A DNA stretch of 64,000 bases from an uncultured Pseudomonadota bacterium (GTDB lineage: Bacteria > Desulfobacterota > Desulfobulbia > Desulfobulbales > Desulfurivibrionaceae): contig CALMMG010000176.1 of assembly GCA_937868185.1 (NCBI GenBank), positions 35-64,034 on the forward strand. Reading direction: 5' to 3'. The position numbers and the translations under genes are program-made. Positions 60,185 through 64,000 of this stretch are shown here, piece after piece. The notes under the pieces are model-generated. The model was not told the DNA's origin. It was given only the letters and a program-made list of their open reading frames with translations, and did no database searches. The number at the start of each line of letters is the position of its first letter. Position 1 is the stretch's first letter.

Positions 60185-60796
60185 CTACTGCTCCAGATTG
60201 GCAACGATATCCGGAATCGCCTGTTTCATCAGATCCTGCATGGTATTGCGGAGCATGGTCTCGGCCAGGCGGTCGCGGTCCTTGATCGCCAGGTCGCTGC
60301 CCTTTGCCTCGTAATGCAGCTTGCGCACCGGGGCGCCGTTTTTCAGCACGGTGAGGGAAACGCTGATGGTGCAGGTGGCATCTACCTGGGGAACCTTGGT
60401 GATTTGATCTACAACCACTCGCGCCTCGGTGATCTCTACCACCTTGCTGTAAAGATCCGGGGCTTTCTTGGCCGGGATCACCGCATAGCCGGTCTGGCCA
60501 AGTTCACGCTGCAAGGCACTCTGCACCAAGCCGGCGGGAGAGACGCCGCTCCACAGGGTGTCGACCATCACGCCGTCACCATTCTTGGTGTTGCCGATGG
60601 CCCAGGCCCCGGAAGCGGTCGGCGGCTGCAACTCGGCGTTGATGAGATAGAGATCGCCGCCGCCGAAGCGGGTGGAGGTGATGGGATCGTAGCGCATCAC
60701 AAGCTGTTTGGTGTAGGTTGCGCAGCCTCCGAGGATGAGGAGGGTCATAAGGCCGAGGGCCAACAGGTTGCGACGGCGAGAGGTGAAGTGAAGCAT
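60185..60796 (-). CDS. Hypothetical lipoprotein (YajG-like)
   Basis: Lipobox LGGC after a hydrophobic stretch; AAGGAG SD. Confidence 0.75.
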   Translation of the reverse strand: MLHFTSRRRNLLALGLMTLLILGGCATYTKQLVMRYDPITSTRFGGGDLYLINAELQPPTASGAWAIGNTKNGDGVMVDTLWSGVSPAGLVQSALQRELGQTGYAVIPAKKAPDLYSKVVEITEARVVVDQITKVPQVDATCTISVSLTVLKNGAPVRKLHYEAKGSDLAIKDRDRLAETMLRNTMQDLMKQAIPDIVANLEQ

Positions 60797-60964
60797 GGTG
60801 TTCTCCTTAGGTTGTTCTATCTTCTCTGTGCCGGAAGATCCCGGCAGGGCGTATTTTTTGGGTTGGGAAAGATGGAGGCATTGAAGCCTTCTTCATCGGA
60901 ATGTTATGCCCAATGGGGTTGGGAAGTCAATGGAAAAACCTGAAAGGGCATTGAAGGGCAGGGG

Positions 60965-62011
60965 CTATTCTTCCTCTTCGTCCGCCTCTGCCGCCAACTG
61001 GCCGCAGGCTGCGGAGATATCTCCGCCCCGGGATTCGCGGATCAGGGCGGTGATGCCGGAATCGCGCAGGGTTTGCTGGAACAGCTCCACCCGGTCTCGC
61101 GGCGGGCTCTGAAAGGGGAAGGTTTTGTTCTCGTTGTAGGGCAGGAGGTTGACCTTGCAGCTGAGCTTGTGCAGCTTTTTGATCAGCAGCCGCGCGTGGC
61201 GCACGGAATCGTTGAGGTCTTTGATCATGATGTACTCGATCATAACCTTGCGGCGACTGGGCAGGGGGTAGGCGCGGCAGGCGGCCAGCAGCTCGTTCAC
61301 CGGGTAGGTTTTGTTGATGGGCATGAGCTGGGTGCGGGTCTCGTCGTCCGCCGCGTGCAGAGAGATGGCAAGATTGACCGTCACCGCCTCACCCAATTCT
61401 TTCAGTTTGGGGATGATGCCGCAGGTGGAGACGGTGATCCGCCGGCTGGAGAAATCGAGGCCGGTTTGCTCCATGAGGATGTTGAGGGCATCGATCAGGT
61501 TGTCGAAGTTGGCCAGCGGCTCGCCCATACCCATGAAGACTAGGTTGTTGATCCGGTTTTTCCCTTGGGCCTGGACAATCTCGGTGATGGCCTGGACCTG
61601 GCCCACGATTTCGGCCACGCTCAGGTTGCGGACAAAGCCCATGGTGCCTGTAAGGCAGAAGTTGCAGCCCATGGCGCAACCCACTTGAGAAGAAACGCAG
61701 AGGGTTAAGCGATCACCCTCGGGAATGAGCACCGATTCGATGATTGCCCCGTCGGCCAAGCAAAAGCCGTACTTGACGCTGCCGTCCTGGGAGCGCTCCT
61801 CTATGGCCGGGGTGAACCGGCTGATGGTGGCGATCTCCGCAAGCTTGCCTCGGACCTCCTTGGAGATGTCGGTCATCTGCGAAAATTCGCTGATCCCGGT
61901 GCGGTAGAGCCAGGCAAAGATCTGCTGGGCACGGAAGGCTGGCCAGCCCTGGGCTTTGACCCAATCGCGCATCTGGAGCAGGGTGAGGTTTTTCAGTTCG
62001 ATTTTATCCAT
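60965..62011 (-). CDS. rlmN: Dual-specificity RNA methyltransferase RlmN
   Basis: CVSSQVGCAMGCNFC, FMGMGEP, ISLHA, DISAACGQL. Confidence 0.97.
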   Translation of the reverse strand: MDKIELKNLTLLQMRDWVKAQGWPAFRAQQIFAWLYRTGISEFSQMTDISKEVRGKLAEIATISRFTPAIEERSQDGSVKYGFCLADGAIIESVLIPEGDRLTLCVSSQVGCAMGCNFCLTGTMGFVRNLSVAEIVGQVQAITEIVQAQGKNRINNLVFMGMGEPLANFDNLIDALNILMEQTGLDFSSRRITVSTCGIIPKLKELGEAVTVNLAISLHAADDETRTQLMPINKTYPVNELLAACRAYPLPSRRKVMIEYIMIKDLNDSVRHARLLIKKLHKLSCKVNLLPYNENKTFPFQSPPRDRVELFQQTLRDSGITALIRESRGGDISAACGQLAAEADEEEE

Positions 62012-62883
62012 TACAGGGCTCGCAGGTATTCGGGTTTGAGTCGGGTGTGCCCGGCCAGGGCTTGGTCGATGTCCGCAAGCACCGCCTCTTTATCCCTGGG
62101 CATTCTGGCGTTGATCGCCAGGTAGTTGGAGGCGTGGTTGGACTGGAGCTGGCCTTTTTTCAGGTCAAGATGCTCCACCATGGTGCGCAGCTCGCTCAAC
62201 ATGCCGTGTTGGCTGGGGAGTTTGAATTCCCCCGCTTGTTCAAGCTGATAGAGCGGGGTGTTTTCAAGGAGCATCAGGGTGAGAATCCCGGTTTGGTTGG
62301 GCTCCATGGCGGACAACACCTGGCCGGTTGCCTTGGCATGCTCCTGGGAAAGGGTGGCGCCAGCGATGCCGAGCAGGGCGGTGACCGAGAGAAAAAGATT
62401 GGCCGCCTTAACCCGCTGGCCCGCCTCGATCATCTGTGCGGCATCCGCGCCCTTGTCGATGGCAATAAGCACGGGATCGTAGCCGCTTTCCAATCCCATG
62501 TACACCCGGTGCAAGCCGAGAGCCTTCAGCTCCAGGAGCTGATCCACGCTTTTATTGCGGATGGCCCGGGCATTGCCGTAGAGGCTAACCCGGTTCACCC
62601 AGGGTAATCGCTGTTTGATCTTGGTGAGCAGTTCGACCAATCGATGTTGACTCAGGGCAAGCACATCGCCATCGGCCAGGAAAACCCGGGATTGCCGGAG
62701 GCAGTATTGGGCGGCAAAATCAATGTCCGCCTCGACTATTGCCCAGTCCTTGATGCGGAAGCGCTCTTCTTTGTAGGTGCCGCAGAAGGTGCACCGGTTA
62801 TGGGAGCAGCCCACCGTCACTTGGAGGATGATGCTGTCCGCCTCGCTGGGCGGGCGAATGATGTGGGCGCCTTCGTAGTGCAT
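62011..62883 (-). CDS. Radical SAM protein of unknown function
   Basis: IRPPSEADS, GCSHNRCTFC, FLADGD, GLESG, SNHASNY; coupled to rlmN (TAATG). Confidence 0.9.
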   Translation of the reverse strand: MHYEGAHIIRPPSEADSIILQVTVGCSHNRCTFCGTYKEERFRIKDWAIVEADIDFAAQYCLRQSRVFLADGDVLALSQHRLVELLTKIKQRLPWVNRVSLYGNARAIRNKSVDQLLELKALGLHRVYMGLESGYDPVLIAIDKGADAAQMIEAGQRVKAANLFLSVTALLGIAGATLSQEHAKATGQVLSAMEPNQTGILTLMLLENTPLYQLEQAGEFKLPSQHGMLSELRTMVEHLDLKKGQLQSNHASNYLAINARMPRDKEAVLADIDQALAGHTRLKPEYLRAL

Positions 62884-63003
62884 CAATAATCCACAAGCCG
62901 TTTGCAAAAAATAACAGGGATGCCGAAACATCAATAACGGCATAATGAGCCGTATCGATCTGATTGAAGAGACACAGATTGATTCGTGTAACGGCTCCTA
63001 AAT

Positions 63004-63043
63004 AAAAAATGGTCAGCGGCTTCACAGGAAACCAGCTGACCAT
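63004..63043 (-). terminator. Terminator after serC
   Basis: ATGGTCAGC...GCTGACCAT stem with a T-run on the minus strand. Confidence 0.7.
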
Positions 63044-63064
63044 AGGGTTTACAGTTGCGAAAAA

Positions 63065-64000
63065 TCAGCTGTTTTTCTTTTCAAATTCCTTCATGAAAGC
63101 AACCAACGCCTCTACCCCGGCCTTGGGGAAGGCGTTGTAAATCGAAGCCCTGCAGCCGCCCACGGAGCGATGCCCCTTGAGGCCGTCCATCCCCTTGGCG
63201 GTGGCCTCCTTGATGAACTGGGCCTCCAGCTCCGGGGTGGGGAGATTGAAGGTGATGTTCATGTTGGAGCGGGAACCGGGCTGAGCATGGCCCCGGTAGA
63301 AATCGGTGGAGTCGATGGCCGCGTAGAGGATGGCAGCCTTCTCTTTGTTGATCTTCTCCATGGCTGCGACGCCGCCCAATTTCTTGAGCCATTTGAGGAC
63401 CAAGCCCACCACGTAGATGGAAAAGCAGGGCGGGGTGTTGAACATGGAGCCGTTGTCCGCGTGGGTCTTGTACTTGAACATGGTGGGCAGGTTTTCCGGG
63501 GCGCGATCCAGCAAATCCTCGCGGATGATGACCACCGTGACGCCGGCAGGGCCCATGTTCTTTTGCGCCCCGGCATAGACGATGCCGAAGGGGGTGATGT
63601 CGAATTCGCGGGAGAGGATGTCCGAGGACATATCGGCGATGAGCATCTTCTCGCTTTTTGGCATGGTGGGGAACTGGGTGCCGTAGATGGTGTTGTTGGT
63701 CACAAAGTAGAGGTATTCCGACGCAGGATCAACGGTATAGTCGGTATCCTTGGGCACGTGGTTGAAGGTGGACTCCTCGCTGGAGTACGCAATTTTAATG
63801 TCGCCGAACAGCTTGGCTTCCTTGATCGCCTTCTTGGCCCAGACCCCGGTGTTGAGGTAGCTGGCGGTCTTGCCGGGTCCCAACAGGTTCATGGGGATCA
63901 TGGCGAACTGCATGGAGGCGCCGCCCTGAAGGAACAACACCTTGTAGTTGGCCGGAATCTTCATCAGCTCGCGAAGATTTGCCTCGCACTCGTCCACCAC
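63065..64000 (-). CDS. serC: Phosphoserine aminotransferase (5' end outside the window)
   Basis: FLQGGAS, NNTIYG, ADMSS, GAQKN, NTPP, GHRSVGGCRASIYN. Confidence 0.96.
   Translation of the reverse strand: MVDECEANLRELMKIPANYKVLFLQGGASMQFAMIPMNLLGPGKTASYLNTGVWAKKAIKEAKLFGDIKIAYSSEESTFNHVPKDTDYTVDPASEYLYFVTNNTIYGTQFPTMPKSEKMLIADMSSDILSREFDITPFGIVYAGAQKNMGPAGVTVVIIREDLLDRAPENLPTMFKYKTHADNGSMFNTPPCFSIYVVGLVLKWLKKLGGVAAMEKINKEKAAILYAAIDSTDFYRGHAQPGSRSNMNITFNLPTPELEAQFIKEATAKGMDGLKGHRSVGGCRASIYNAFPKAGVEALVAFMKEFEKKNS

Noticed and set aside
60104-60943. 279-aa plus-strand ORF
   Set aside because: Shadow of the minus-strand lipoprotein gene, which has an SD and lipobox.

Overview
Gene-dense, GC-rich chromosomal window from an anaerobic deltaproteobacterium. 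Gene content suggests Desulfobulbales/Desulfurivibrio-like, which is inference only. It holds housekeeping genes (hom, apgM, tRNA-fMet, pepA, uvrC, nifU/nifS, thyX, rlmN, serC) and a protease/redox block (degP, MerR with a Cys-rich tail, NapC-type cytochrome, ftsH, two paralogous small membrane proteins). A RegB/RegA pair faces a TorD-PsrA-PsrB-like molybdoenzyme operon across a 43-bp near-perfect palindrome. The Wood-Ljungdahl cluster is fhs, folD, cooS, a metF-acsD fusion, acsB and acsC, with no acsE in the window. Four gene pairs that the ORF track splits are single genes with an in-frame UGA at a conserved Cys/Sec position followed by a SECIS-like hairpin: a 1371-aa GltD-like/formate dehydrogenase fusion, hdrA, mvhD, and a second fdhF linked to AsrA/AsrB (FlxB/FlxA)-like subunits. 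Together they suggest a selenium-dependent electron-transfer module coupled to the Wood-Ljungdahl pathway. No mobile element or CRISPR array was seen.
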